Positions 15,428-29,515 of a stretch of DNA of 64,000 bases are shown here, piece by piece. Under the pieces are notes generated by a model that searched no databases, was not told the origin of the DNA, and saw nothing but the letters and a program-made list of their open reading frames with translations. Every line of letters starts with the position of its first letter. The stretch's first letter is position 1. The stretch spans positions 1 through 64,000 of the forward strand of contig ADNK01001335.1 in NCBI GenBank assembly GCA_000320545.1, read 5' to 3'. Source of the stretch: Bigelowiella natans CCMP2755 (taxonomy: Eukaryota > Protista > Cercozoa). Both the position numbers and the translations under genes were made by a program.

Positions 15428-15656
15428 CTACTTGCAACCAGACCCCCCAGCTTGGGCTCGATAGTATGGATCCAGGCAGTATCTGGAGAATCATAAACGC
15501 CCCACTATCAAGCACGGAACGCTGTAACAAAAACAACAGAAACTAGATCCTGTTTTCTTGCACCCACGCTGGCCTGTCGCCCGCAGCCTTGATAGCCTGC
15601 TCCATGGCTTTATCCTTTATAGATTGGTAGATTCAATTGAGGGGGTGTATTAGGTG

Positions 15657-15696
<40 letters not shown>

Positions 15697-17632
15697 CAGA
15701 TCTAGCATTCTCTTGTTATGCAGCAGCAGCAGCAGTAGACAACGTTCACCATTACTTATTCATATAACATCAGTTAACATGGGGATCGAACCCACCCGAG
15801 TATCTTGGTCAGGGCTTTTAAGCTGCTCTAGAAACGATGGCCGCGTGGTAGCTCTCGGGTCTTCGACCTTGCTAACCTGCGAACGAAATCATAAGAATCT
15901 TTCTCTAGGCCCGCGACGTGTCGCTTTTCCGCTTGGCATAGCGTATTACCGTGTTGAAGGAGTTTGCAGATACGAAGAGGGCCACAGCAAATGCGAGCAG
16001 AGAGCTCTGGATTCGCTGCATCGCGGGCGCTACCTGTTCCAATAATGCAACGGTAAACGGCCATTCTCATGTCGAAAGTGTATATGGTTCTCCTAGTCGT
16101 GACCTCTGAGCTATGCAAAAGCCTGTCGCGAGCCACCACCTGTCGCCGCAATGGAAAGTGTAAAGGAGCATCCGGGTGAGGGGTAGGACGACGACGTTGG
16201 TAGTGTGACGAGGACGACTACTACTAATAATAATAATATTACCTGTGGAGGCTTTTCCCACACATCTCCATCGTACCACCCAGTTTGCTCATACTCAACC
16301 TTCTCGGAAACCTGTCGTTTAGTCATTTAAAGCACGGTCTTATTTTGATGATGATGATAATGAGGAGGGGGAGACGGTACCAGCCGCTGCCCGATATAAT
16401 CCCACGAAACAAAGAGCCGAAGTAACAGCAACTCGAGCACCCCAAGGGCTACCTGCGTCCAACACGTTAAACCAGCTGAGGACGATACTTTAAGCGATGT
16501 ATTTATTATTTAATCATCGTTCGATCTCTGTTCGGGCTACTACCATGTTGCTGGTTATAAGCTCTGCTTTGAGGTCTCTCCTGCGGAAAAAGCACACAAC
16601 TTTGCTCAGCGCAGTAACCAAAACACACTCGGCCATTTCCTTGATATATGAATCTAAAGGATTCATTTTTTTGGAGATGGTACGTACCCATCGAATCCAG
16701 ATTGGGAGAACGGAAACGAAAGCGCTGCTATAGTCTTTGTGTAAAACATAAACAAATTGTCAGCGGAAGAATCATCGTATTTATTGGTATCGTTAGATCA
16801 TATCACCGCATATAATGTTCCAATCCTAAGGAGATACTTCGGCCAAGGCAGAGAAGGCCAGTTGAACAACAGCCCATTTTTCTTCGCATTTTCCAATTCC
16901 TTTGTAGGCTGTTGTGGCCACATGCAGTAATGAGGAGGATGGGGAGAACGCACACATTATTCTAATCACTCTCTCAGTACTCCTACACCCACGTGCATAA
17001 ATTCTTTGGAGGAAGAAGAAGAAAAGAGAGAGAGAGAGAGAGATCAATGATGAGCATAAAGACTTTCAGCCACAAATAAGAAGTGGCGTGTCCCATTTTA
17101 GCTTTTCGACAGAAATCTAACCTGCTGGGCAGCAGGAACCCCAATTTCGTCCGCAGAGGGCAAGCTTGACTTATCTAAAAGGAACAGCAAAGGCGTTCGG
17201 CTAAGCCTCAAGGCAGCAAATCGACGCAAGACAGCAAATCAACGACTAGACTCTTCATTCACCAGAATCGTTGAGGTCGTCGGCAAGGCTTGATGCTCTT
17301 TCATCTTTCATTCGCTCTACCCTCCTTTATAAAATTATTTCATTAGCTTCTCCAGTTCACGGACTAAAATGTAAGCCTAGATTTACTCACTTCTTGAAGT
17401 CGTCGGAAAAATCATTTTCAGCCCTCACCAGTAGAGGCTTGCTTGTGCGATGGTAATTGAACTTGGAGCGAAAACTAACCGAAGGCGTGATTCGAGCCTT
17501 TTTTATGATACCAGTAAATTATAGTCGACTATCCTTGAAAATTCGTGCTACCTTGACATGAGAATTGTGGAGCCTTGCCTGAGTAACTATCAGAGGAAGG
17601 ACCACTGCAGTAAAGCAGATGAAGCGTGCCAT
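15428..17632 (-). CDS. CGLD27: CGLD27/Ycf36 (DUF1230) plastid protein with a bipartite signal + transit leader
   Basis: Leader MARFICFTAVVLPLIVTQA followed by a basic transit-like segment ending LLVRA. Exons give LLLLRLFVSWDYIGQRL, VEYEQTGWYDGDVWEKPPQV, VARDRLL and the C-terminus YCLDPYYRAQAGGSGCK*. Confidence 0.85.
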
Positions 17633-17959
17633 TGTATGATGGAATCCTCGACTCAGCGCCGGAAGCAAAGCTTGAATAAATCAACAGCCGATATGCCTTA
17701 GCAAAACGCCAGTCCGCTAACTCCCTTAATAGCTAGAAGGTACTGGCTTCTCAACGACGTCTACACAAAATCGCACAACCACAGCATATGAGCAAAGTTA
17801 AACCTGGTTTTTAAAAGCATGATTTGCTGTTATGCATCTTCCACGTAAATGGCTTACATTCAGCCTCACGCTATAAAGCGTGTTTCTAATACTCTGGTAT
17901 GTAATTACGCCAATTCGAACCGTAAGCAAAAGAGGGATGGGGACGAGTCGAGTATGGTC

Positions 17960-18487
17960 CTTAGGCCACGTGGCGTCGACGACACTTCTTGACTTTATTA
18001 TTACGACAAGCAGTACATGGTATCCAATGGCGTAAATCCCATCCATTCGTATTCATTTTCAATGACCAAGAATTGTTAATTGCTATTCTTTTTGCCATAG
18101 CGACAACATAATTTCGTGTAAGGCTATGGAAAATAGAAATAAAGAGGACGTAGAGTCAGGGCGACATGGTTGTGAAGTTGTCGTAATAATACATTCAGGT
18201 AAAAACGAAACACCACCCCGCCATTTATCATCATCAAGCACTAAGGTCCTTCCCTATGATTACGTGTTGAGCCTCCATGGTGGGAATCGGAGTTTTGTTT
18301 CAAATTGTTCCGATGCCACCAGCTATCTACCTTTCCTTCCTATCTCTCTGACTCGTCTTGTTTCATCCTCATCCATTGTTCTATATGCGTTTTCAGAGAA
18401 AATGATCTACAAAGTCTCCGATCCATATTACCTAAACTTTTTCGCGATGGGGAAAGAGGCCAACAAAGAAAGTGCGAAGAAGTTTAA
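17960..18487 (+). CDS. Possible small multi-exon hypothetical gene
   Basis: Short GT-AG-bounded + strand segments ending ENDLQSLRSILPKLFRDGERGQQRKCEEV*. No recognisable domain; start not identified. Confidence 0.25.
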
Positions 18488-19349
18488 GAACGTACAGCAA
18501 TACTTTCCTGGCAATCGCTAAGGCAGAGAGTAGAAGAGATTGAGACACCTCATTAAGGGAGAACATGTGGATGTTTTACAAGACTTTATACACACAATGA
18601 TTACAAATATAGCTAGCATCAGAGCCTTCATGCATAACTGAGTCATCCTTAAATATCCACCTCCTCCCCTCTCCGCCCCGGCCCGCGCGCAGCGCCAGCA
18701 GCTAGAGCTAGCTGCTTGGCATTATAGCTCGCTATCCGGGCTCTCTGAGAAATTGTAGCCACCGTGTACATCATCTCATGTGTATACAACTAATATATAT
18801 TAGTCATGTATATACAACTAATATAGATTAGACTATTCCCGTTCGTTCTTTAATACAAACAACAAGTAGCATCTTAGCCTGTGGCACCACATCTCAGATC
18901 CCACGCTAGCACGGTTACGTGTTGTACCGTACCTGTCTCAGGTGTGATATCTCATATATCTAGTCAATAGCGCACGCCTCACATGATAGTGGCTGTGTCA
19001 TTGATCATGCTGAAACGCCCTACTACGCACGTGGACGTTGTTACAATGCGCCTGCGATGCGATCTTTGCATGCGGCGCGATGCCCAACACAACAAAGTGC
19101 TACTATGACACATTTCATCGCGCATCGCACTTGCAGGCAAGCTAGCTAATTTATGTTCTAATGCACAAAAAGAAAGGCAAATGTCCAGCTACGTATGCAT
19201 AGCACATTTAGATATGTATACCTTAGCGTAGGTGACACTGATCTATATCTAGTTAGCTTACAAGATGATGAGGAACTTGCAGTATTACTTGCTAGCATGC
19301 ACCGCTTCTAAACGATTTTGCACGTCAAACTAAATTAAATATTTTAGAC

Positions 19350-19876
19350 AACCTAGAATTTTTGCCTTTCTTTAATTTCCTTTGAATGTTCATTATGATT
19401 GTCTACGGGGGGCCAAACATTTCTGTAATACTTCGTCGAGCCGTTCCGATATGGTGGTTCTAAAGTAACCCAAAAGTTTAGGTGATTATGCTATTTTATA
19501 ATTTAATTAACTTACATTCTGCGCGGAACATTAGAAGGAAGGAGCCGCAACACGCCATTAAAGATCACTTGAATAATCCTAAAAAGAATCGTGTGGGTGT
19601 CAATATAAAAGAATGGCGCAAATACTGTACTAGCTTACTTGTTAATGCCCGGGTGGGCGCCCTTTTCCTAATTTACCATAATCACATAAGCAAATGTACA
19701 ATGCTTTTGCCGAGAAGGAAAACCCGGCAAATCAGCATGATCTGCTGGCAAATGGGAGAGAGGAAAATAGATAGCAGTAATTATACCACCACGCGGGTAC
19801 CAATGAGAAGTTCAATTGTGCCATTCTGTTCGTGTTGTAGTCCGGAGGGATTTGAGCAACGATTACAGGGTGGTGC

Positions 19877-19918
<42 letters not shown>

Positions 19919-20415
19919 TATGTGTTTCTATTGTGGTCGGGAATAGTGATTGATGACACTATATGTTATCAAAGCATCGCCCAAGCATGCAAACTCTAAA
20001 AGCATCAAGTTCTGCCTCACAAAAGGATGTGGATGCCAATGGGGGATTTTGTGTAGTTTCAATGGATAAACGACAATACAAACAACGCAATCGATAACTT
20101 CCATCAATAACACAAAAAAAAATAGTAGTTACGGTGTGTTTTTCAACGTCAACTTGAATCCACCGGTGGTCGCAATGGGTTCGATCTGGAATATTGCAAG
20201 GATGGACGGTAGTGACCGATAATGACGCGTGGTTATATCAAAGAAGAAGAAGAAGAAGAAGAAGAAGAGGGGTTGTGCTTGATATTAATTAGTAAGGGGG
20301 AATGAAAAATGTTCTTTTAGAATTCTATACTAATTGTTTTCCTCTTCCTCTTCCCTTTCCTCTCATTTTTGCACATTCACATTTTTTGAGTAGGAATTTA
20401 TCCTCAATATTAAGT

Positions 20416-20455
<40 letters not shown>

Positions 20456-20463
20456 GCGCGCGC

Positions 20464-20494
<31 letters not shown>

Positions 20495-20574
20495 ATGTAC
20501 CTCATATTGCTGATTAGGGTATTTTTTCTTCATCATGTTTAATTCTTGAGCCAAAAAGCTATGCAGAATGACCT

Positions 20575-20626
<52 letters not shown>

Positions 20627-20967
20627 GCACATAATGTAGTATAATGAGCTGCGCACGAGTGTGAGTGTTTGAAATTTATGCATTAAAATTGCTAATAATA
20701 TGGTAAATCCATCCCTTCTTGTCGTTGCTATCATCATCATTGTTATCATCATCATCATCATCATCATTATCCGTGAATACCTGCTGGCTCTGTTGTTGCT
20801 TTGAATATTGCTGCTGCTGCATGAGGTACCTTGGAGGATGGGTGGCGAATATACAAAAATGATGATGACCTCAACACGGATTCAATAATCATGTTTTCAC
20901 ACACATTTAAACTGCTTTCTATGGCGGCATATGCATCATAAAGAATGCAGGCACTCTCACCATTTCT

Positions 20968-21007
<40 letters not shown>

Positions 21008-21790
21008 TTGTCACGTTTTAAGGTATGTTTACTGCTGCTGCTGTGGGCCAGTCGATGAAGCAGGTTTCCTCTGGTTGTGAAAATCATATTAGTGCCTCGT
21101 GGACACATAAATGTTGATGGACGATTCTTATCTCCCCGCCCCCTCCATCTCTTCTCTCTCCGTCTATTTTTCAAAGCGTGCCTGGGCCTCCTTCCCCCCC
21201 CCCCCCCCCCCTTTCTTCCACTGATCTTTCTTTCGAAAAGCAAGCGACCGTGATCATAGCTGCTCTGTTGTACGATGGGATATTGGATGTTGCCGTGGCC
21301 ATGCCTGTAGATGTGTACAGGAGGAGTGGGAGAAAGAACAGAAATCTATAAAATTCCAACACCAACATCACAGATGCGTCACGCACCCAAACAAGCACCA
21401 CACACACACACACACATACACACACCTATGTTGGTGATGGAATGGAATATTCTTCATCGTCACTACTACTAATTTATCGTTGTATCTTTACCGATCGAGT
21501 GCGGGAATGGCTTCCTTCCTCCCTGAGAACACACACCCACGCACACAAGCAGGCGTTGGAGCACAACGCTAAAAACCATGATCACACCATTCATCGCAGC
21601 ATAAACAATACCGGATTTTGCTGCTTCTGTATGGCGCTTCGATTTAAATTTGCAGTAGAGGTTGGAGCTACGGCGGTGGCTGCTGTCCTAACAACATTCC
21701 TAGAGGTGCTTGTAGCTGCCGCCGACGCCTTTAATATTTAGCAACCAATTTCAAAAACTGCTCAAATATCGCTCGTACCTTCCTTAATGT

Positions 21791-21837
<47 letters not shown>

Positions 21838-22511
21838 CGCGCGTGAGTGTGTTGAGAAAATGTGGGGGAAAGAACTGAGGAGAAGGAGAGCGAGGAGAGG
21901 GAAAGTAATGGAGTTAGGGGAAAACATAGAAAATATGATAATGAAACGAAAATCCACAGTTAATGACCACGTGCTGATTTTGGTAGTTCATGGATGTAAA
22001 CAAAGAGAAAGAAACTTGATGATACAAAAATTCGTTTCTTACACTAGCCATCCTGTTTCTTTGCCTGACAATATTAAGAGAAGGCAGACGGAGGAGATGA
22101 ACATTATAAGGAGAAAGAAAGCAGCTAGAGCAGTGGTGCAGGACGCACAACGGGGATGGTGCAGCTAATAATGCAAAAAGGGTAATGAAACAATAATAAC
22201 GCTATTATAACGCCATATACAGCAGCTGATATAGTGCAATTAATAGTAGATGTTGTTGTTAAAGGGGTCAATACCTGGGATGTATGTAGGGTTGAATGAG
22301 ACTATGCACAACCTTACTGGATTCCCATAAATTCTTGGGATTTGCTGCGGCCTCACCTATCGCTCGGATGAACGAGTCTAGCCCTTTGTTATCCGTTGGC
22401 AATTGGGACAACGCTTGCTTAACTTTCTGTAAGGGTTTGTGATCGAAGGAGGCATATCTAACGACTTATCCTTATGAATGAACGAACAGGGTGCCATGAT
22501 ATGCTTTTGAC

Positions 22512-22588
<77 letters not shown>

Positions 22589-24045
22589 CATTCTTTGTAA
22601 TGAATATTGTGTATGTAAAATTCTCCTTTACACTAAGGATCCTCCATTGCTCCCTCGCGTCTTTGCCTGCTAGTTTTTCCTGATCGCATATCATCGAAGG
22701 TGATGTTAGCCAGTAATGATGATAATGAGCGCGTACTATCATGGCGTGGTATTTCCAGGCAATAGATAGGCAAGATTGAACATAGCTGAGCTTGAAGAAT
22801 GTCAGGACAGTGGCTCGTACGTACTTCTAGTCCAACTAGGTATTTCTCGTAGAATGTTTTCCACGGTGGAGTGCCAGCCTGATGATGCATGATGGATAAA
22901 TGGATGAATGAAAGAATGAAGAAAGATTCTGCCGGGGGCGAGTTCTTATACATTATTACTCTGATTTTGTTGCCCAAACTTTTGATAATTCGTCTCAGAT
23001 TTGCCACCAGGATTTTGCACAGCCTGAAATCACGTATATGTAGCACACACCGTAACCCTTAACACAAATGAAGCGACTTGTTCAATAATGTCAGCAGTCC
23101 TGTTACTTTCCATTCTGAATTCTTTCTTAAAACATAATAGAATAATTACAAGTCCTGTATCTTGGATCGGTATTCAGATCCCAGTTGTTCTTTAGACTTG
23201 GAGGAGGCTTCCTTGAATCCGGCGTTCTCGACCATTTTCGCGTACTTACAAACAAAAGATCCTGTGAGATTTTGCGATTCGGCTTCTCATCAAAGTTATA
23301 GAAACACTTACATATTCTGCTCTTTCGACATTGTTCTCCTTGAGGTGCTTATATCTGTTGCAGGCGTAGAGCAAGTATGTTCAAAGTGAGTACTCGCACA
23401 CCAGGAGCACCACCACTAGCAGCAAGAACATGTGTCAACAAAACTATTTTTACGGTGATGACAATACATCTGCTTGCTGATGCGAATACTTACATTTGAG
23501 TCATCATCTTTTCTCTGGTTTCGTTTATCTGATCGGCATTCCGCATCCGAGCGTTCGCCATCTGTGCTGGAGGGGTGTGTCTCCTGGAATATTACTTCGG
23601 TAATTTCCTGCTGTAAAAAATGGTTCATAAATTCATCATTCTGCAATATAAACAATAACCTCTTCGGCCCTTTTTGTCATTGTTATCCAACAGACACACG
23701 GGTTAGCAACAGCTTAGTAGGTAAGTCCTAGTTCTTCCAAAACCGGAAAGTTATTGTCCTGAGAATAACCGACACAGTTTGAAACATATTGAGGATTCCT
23801 TGAAAAAAAGTGTGGACAGCTGAAGAAGTTTTGAGGCCGAAGTGGACGGATGCAGGATAGATATGTAGAGCAGAGATTATACTGAAGACTTCTTGGGAAA
23901 ATTTACCTTTCCGATTTTTCCTGCTGCGATCTTGATCCAAATTCCAAAACATGTGCAACCTCACCGCTTCAAGATTCCTGCAACACTCAGCGAACACTTC
24001 CCCAGCAGCACATATCTCATCATTCGAAGGGGGGGGGAATCCCAT
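19350..24045 (-). CDS. Multi-exon hypothetical protein; boundaries approximate
   Basis: ATG at 24045 (MGFPPPSNDEICAAGEVFAECCRNL...) and several spliceable minus-strand exons (AGTPPWKTFYEKYLVGLE, LSKRCPNCQRITKGLDSF, THCDHRWIQVDVEK, DLPGFPSRQKHCTFAYV) separated by microsatellite introns. Confidence 0.45.
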
Positions 24046-24177
24046 CTCTACATTGGCGTGCTAGTAGTGGGAGGGGGGTTGGCAACAATGTGCTTCGACG
24101 ACGAAATACGGACTATTTTGGCTGGCGAGCATTACGGGTAGATTGCACGCCCGAGGCCCTGTTCACTTACGAGGAAA

Positions 24178-26654
24178 ATGGAGGAGAAGGGCAAGGAAAA
24201 CGGAGAGGCCGCTGTTGTGAAGGATCGGCGTGACGAAGATACGAACCAAGCATTATTCAACGCAATTCAGAGAAAGGATGAAACCATTCAAAAATTGCAA
24301 AATGACTTCGATAAAGTGGTGGAGCGGCTTGCAGAAAAGGTGACGAGCCACCAAGTGCACAAAAAATATCAATCGATATTGATTTACTATGTTCCTTTAC
24401 AGAGTCTCCTCTGTGAGCGCTTGGCCGGGGAGCTTGAGGCAACGCGTAGATCGTTACGAAATTATACGTCTACAAACATGTACTTCCTTAGTTAGAGCTT
24501 TTCAGATTTCAAACTTCTGATACGTTTCTTTGCACACATTTAAAAAGAGTATCCAAGCTGAAAGGAGCATTAATCGAACCCGCCAGCGTCCGTGGGAACT
24601 CCAAGACAAAAACATCACAATCCGGCATGGCGTCGCCGATGTTACCGCCGCCGCCGCCTCCTCCCAAATCGCCCATACCGCCTTCGCCTTCATCCTCCCC
24701 CTCCGCGTCACAAGCCGCAACGATTTCGCCGTCGGACCAGAAAGAAGTATCTTCCATCTCCACACAAGTCCTTATTAAAGAGACTCCAATATCCGAAGAT
24801 AAGTCTACTGGTGCTGACACTCAAGACTTAAAAGAGAATCTCCAACAACCGAACAGCAACTTAACCAATATTGAATCAGGACGCTTACAAACTTCGCGAC
24901 ACCGAATGAGAAGAAGCTCACTGCCGCCAAGATCCCCGCCATTTTCGCCCCAGGCATCTGAAATAGCGGCTATTACCCTGAAGGCGAAAGAGGATGCTCG
25001 TATAAATAGAGATAAACTAGAGAAAGACTCGCTTGTAATACAGCTCAGAAGGGAGGAGGCAGCACTGCGGCGCTTGGTTGCTGAAAAAGAAGCTGAGAGA
25101 GAGACTATTGCTGCCAAAGCCGGTAAATTGTCCCGAGATCTCGAAACAGTAACTACTCGTTTCACCAGCGTCTCTGCTGAGATATTTGACGTAAAGTCGA
25201 AAGCAGAGGAGGAAAAGAGTATTTGGGAAAGGGACACTAAAAGATTCCAAGCGAAGATGGCCTTACTCCAAGAAGAGTTGCAAGAATCTAAAGTCCTGAC
25301 CGAAGACCTTAAAAAACAACTCCAAAGTGCTGCTACCGAGAGGGAAGAGGCACGCCAACGAGAACAAGAGATTGTTGAACAAATGAAAAAGCAGAAAAAC
25401 GGAGACGTAGGCCAAACCGCGGAGTACCAACGAAAATGGCAGGAGGAGAAATGCCGAGCGGACGATTTGGGGCGGAAGCTGAAGCAATGTGAGGAGAAGT
25501 ATCGGGAGGAAATACAGGCTATAGCAGACTCGATGGAGCTCTTGAAGCTCGAGAGCAAGATAGGGGCCAAGAAAAGTGTTCGTATGGTTGCAGAGCTGAA
25601 GAAAGGATTGCAAGAGAGCGAGACTTCAAAAGAACTTCTCAAGGTTAACATGGCCCAGCTACGTATCTCTTACGAGCAAGCCTGCCTCAAGCTGAACTCT
25701 CTTAGAGCACGTAAGCCTCCAGCGTCACTTCCCCCTCCCCCACCCGCAGCAGGCCGAGACGAAGCCACCAACTCATCCCCAGAACACAACAAGAGTGGAC
25801 AACACCTCTTACAACACAACGCCAACCATGCAACTAGGGGAAACACGAGATCTCTCTCTTTCTCAGCAGGGTGGAATAGCAAAAAGATGATGGGCGTTGG
25901 CTCTCCAGATTGGCAAGAAGTGAAGACATCAGATCCAGTAAATACACGGAATCGGAGGAAATCAGCTGGGTTCCGTGGGCGGCCACCATCCCTATCTTTG
26001 ATGGCCCCCGGCGGTGCTCTGCTCTCATCACACACACCAATCTCTACTCCTACCCCCTCCCTGCCTTCATCGCCATCGGCTTCGTTATCAAAGCCACCGC
26101 CCCCCCGCTGGAGCAAAGAAGCAGAGAGTGAGTATTTCTTGGATGCAGGTAAGAAGCTTCAGGACGCAGTGGAAGTAAGCTTTTCTCTGAAGAAGAACAA
26201 CAAGCACTTAAAAGACCGAATACAGGAGCTTGTGCAGAAACTTTCGGAGAAGGAAAGGCTGATAGCAAGCTTCAACTCTCCTAAAATCGCAGAAAAGATG
26301 CGCAGGCTTGGGGATATGGAATCTGAAAATTTGCTTTTAAGAGAGTCCCTGAAGAATATGGCGATTGAGGTCAGAGAATTGAGCGACAAAGTCAACCTTT
26401 ACAAGAATGGTATTTACGGGAGCAACGGAATTGGAGTTGAAGTTAAAGGAGAACAGGAACAATCGAGAGGATTCTTCCAATCTTCTTTTTCTCAGCCTGA
26501 TCAAATGAATATGTCAAAAATACAAGGGCAAACTTTGCCCGTTCACACATCAAAAACTAGTGGTGCTGATGATGCTCGTGAGGGTGGATCGCCGCTGAGC
26601 AGCACAGAATGTGTTGAAACTGAGGCTACACAATTCACCGAGATAGAGGTGTAA
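24178..26654 (+). CDS. Coiled-coil protein with Pro/Ser-rich linkers
   Basis: Two short 5' exons from ATG 24178, then the 675-aa ORF 24627-26654 with long E/K/L heptad segments. Head-to-head with the previous gene (~130 bp gap). Confidence 0.75.
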
Positions 26655-27414
26655 GAAGGAGCATGGAAAAAATCATTTTCAAATAAATTTTCTGGTAATT
26701 GGCCATGAGTTTCCGTTCGTGTGCATTAATTTGCGGCTGAGATACATTACTTATTTAGTTATCATAATTGTGCTCCGCGCGACGAGCATTTATTGTTACA
26801 TGCTTCCATACCCTGTCAATATGGTCAACTTTTATTAAAAACTATGTGTAATCCGGGCGGTACAATGACGTCAGATGCATTGAAAGTTGAGAGATAACTA
26901 ACGTTTTGCGGCAAATTTTATGCATAACACTTTTTGCCGCGCGCTTGCCCAGTCGGGGTCGCGCAGGGGGTACATATGCGCTTGTATCCTGCTGCTAGCT
27001 TATAAGCTAGCCCGCAATCTGCCTTGTTAGCTTGCACGACGTGCATGGCGCACGCATACCGACTCTTTGTGTAGCACCACACGCATTCTGTACGCTAGCT
27101 ACACTATCTAGCTATGTTCACGCATAGCATGACAGCATGACTAGCTAGCTAGACGTAGGCTGCAATGCGCAATAATAAATGAATTCCCGTGGATGGCTGA
27201 TGCACGCTCGCATGAACCCCGCCGCGGCTGTATTACTAGAGTAGCAGATAAGAGGTGGGCAGCTGCCAACCACTAGACGATGGCAAGCAAGCATGATTAA
27301 TCCCAGTGAGTCGTCTGATACCCATGACAATGTATACACCTGTTTAACTTTGCCAGTTGGGATATAACATCTAGAAATATCACAGACAGCAATTTTTTTG
27401 GGGATCTGCACGAT

Positions 27415-28500
27415 CTAAACGACCGTGTGCGTGCTTTTGAAGTGTTGCATGTAGTCCGAAGCCTTTGATAGTATCATGAAAGTGGGCACCCCACCAACGA
27501 CCACCTAACAAAGAACAGCATCAGCGTTGGATTTATGTGTTAGTATTGCTTGTTTAGTACCCCTTTCTGGATCAAAGCCTCAGCAAGAGGGTCTTCCATG
27601 TTTATTTCTCGAACGCTATGTGGCTTACCGCCGTTCTCCACTTCAACGTATACCGCAATATTTTTAATAGTATAATGTTTCTTCTTATCCCACTGCGGCT
27701 GTGTTCCTTTGGGTGGGAACATTTGCCCCAACTGCTCTTTGAAGGACCGTAACTCATGCATATCCTGGACGAAATCTGTCACATAGAATTCCGGATACAT
27801 GAAAACTACAGGCCAGTGGAGACAGCCGTTTTTATCGAGCATTGGCTTATGATCGCCACTTAATGTATCAACCGTAGTCCTAATTTTCCTCAACTTGATC
27901 GATTCGGCCAGTAAATCAGCAAATTTCCGGTCAGCATCCTTTGAACAAAGATACATATTTGGATGATGACTGGCGCAACGCGAGCAACACACTGAACTAA
28001 CCTTTTTCATAGCCTTCACGCGCTCGCTTTCTTTCTTTTTCTCCATTGAGATTTCCAGTTTTTTGATGAGATTAGCGACATAGTTCCGCTTTAAAAAGTC
28101 GTCCTTGGCCCATTTCAATGCATGCTCATACCACTTCATCGCCTGGGAATGTCATAACAAAGGATTGCATCGCAGTTTAATCATCTGGTACTTGATGAAT
28201 TGCGCACAGATTCACCTCTTTGGGTTTCCCTAGGGCTTCTGAGGCTTGCCCAGCACGACAATAAGCTTTAGAATTCTTGTGATTGAGTTTTAGTGCTTCC
28301 TGAGTATAATGGCAGCAGTGAAGGTGTTTCACTCACTTTGTCTTCTTAGAACAACAAAAGCGGGCACTTTGTTAGATATACTACTTTACAATCGTCGATA
28401 GCTCGTCCGTAATTTTGTCTGTGATGGTGAATGAGAGCTCTGTTGGAGTAAACCTGCAATGAACGATTATAGATTTTAGATTTTAGATTATAGATTATAG

Positions 28501-28578
<78 letters not shown>

Positions 28579-29515
28579 TCGCAATTTAGTTTTTGCTTAG
28601 TGATTGGTTACTTGGCTCTCTAATCGAAGATCGCCACATTCGCAGTCGAGCGCCTGTTAAAGTAAGAAGAAAACCTACTGAGCTCGAGAGAAGTGCGTGG
28701 AACGCATCATTACAGCAATTTCAGGTACTCATAAACCTGTTGGTAGAACGTCAATGCATCGTTCCACCTGCGTTTCCCAGCTTTGTAGCACTGATGCATG
28801 CAACAACACAGAATGAGTAACTTCGCATGAAAGCCTCTGCCGACAATGTCACTTTATCTCTCTATACAATATCAATAAATTACAACACATTGTTACTGCT
28901 ACATCGTTTCCATTCTGCTTGCAATTTTTGGCCTTCTCTTTGGGATCCTGGCCAGCTTCGATAGCCTAAGAATTGTGTTTTATACGATACGACCAAGGTT
29001 GATTCGGCTTTTACAAAGATGATCACCAGCAATTACCATTTCGAACAACAATATATGTCAATACCTCAATCATTTTCCATGCGTCTCCTTGATCTTCCTT
29101 TCGAGGTCTTACCTGTCAGTGTTTCGTATCATTACCGTGTAGATAACCAATGCTGCACGAACTTTACCTTGGCGAAAAGAGGAATCTGGTTCAAATACTT
29201 ATCAATCTCGTCAGGATCATCAGGAAATCTTTTCCTATGAGGTAACATATATGAATTTGGTGAGGGACAAATCCATCTGCTGCAGAATTAAAGTTTTGTG
29301 CCAGCCCTTGCTGTTTCATATTAGATTAGAGCTGATTACGGGTCTCTCGACGGTGGAATTCCCATTGATACCCTCTCCAGATCATCTTTGATTTTTTCAG
29401 CTTCCTCTTTCGAAACCTTTTTCGATTCTTTGATTTTTTCAGCTTCCTCTTTCGAAACCTTTTTCGATTCTTTCACTCCAGATTCCTTCGCGGGAGGTGC
29501 CGGTGTTGTCGACAT
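27415..29515 (-). CDS. TTC4: TTC4/Cns1 Hsp70/Hsp90 co-chaperone (TPR + wheel domain)
   Basis: TPR exons (AKNCKQNGND, YSNRALIH...NYGRAIDDCK, KAYCRAGQA) plus the Cns1/TTC4 motif LHWPVVFMYPEFYVTDFVQDMHE...PQWDKKKHYT...VYVE and C-terminal VVGGVPTFMIL. Confidence 0.85.
29385..29473. repeat. 42-bp tandem duplication in TTC4 exon 1 (KESKKVSKEEAEKI x2)
   Basis: Direct repeat seen in both DNA and translation. Confidence 0.9.

Larger units (their letters stand above)
440..22590. repeat. Dense intronic microsatellites: (GT)n, (TA)n, (GA)n, (CAT)n, (TAC)n, (CAA)n, (CTT)n; also present in 44.3-49.2 kb and 61-64 kb
   Basis: Examples: (GT)n 450-510, (TA)n 4505-4535, 13220-13292 and 19880-19915, (GA)n 22515-22587. 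Confidence 0.95.
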
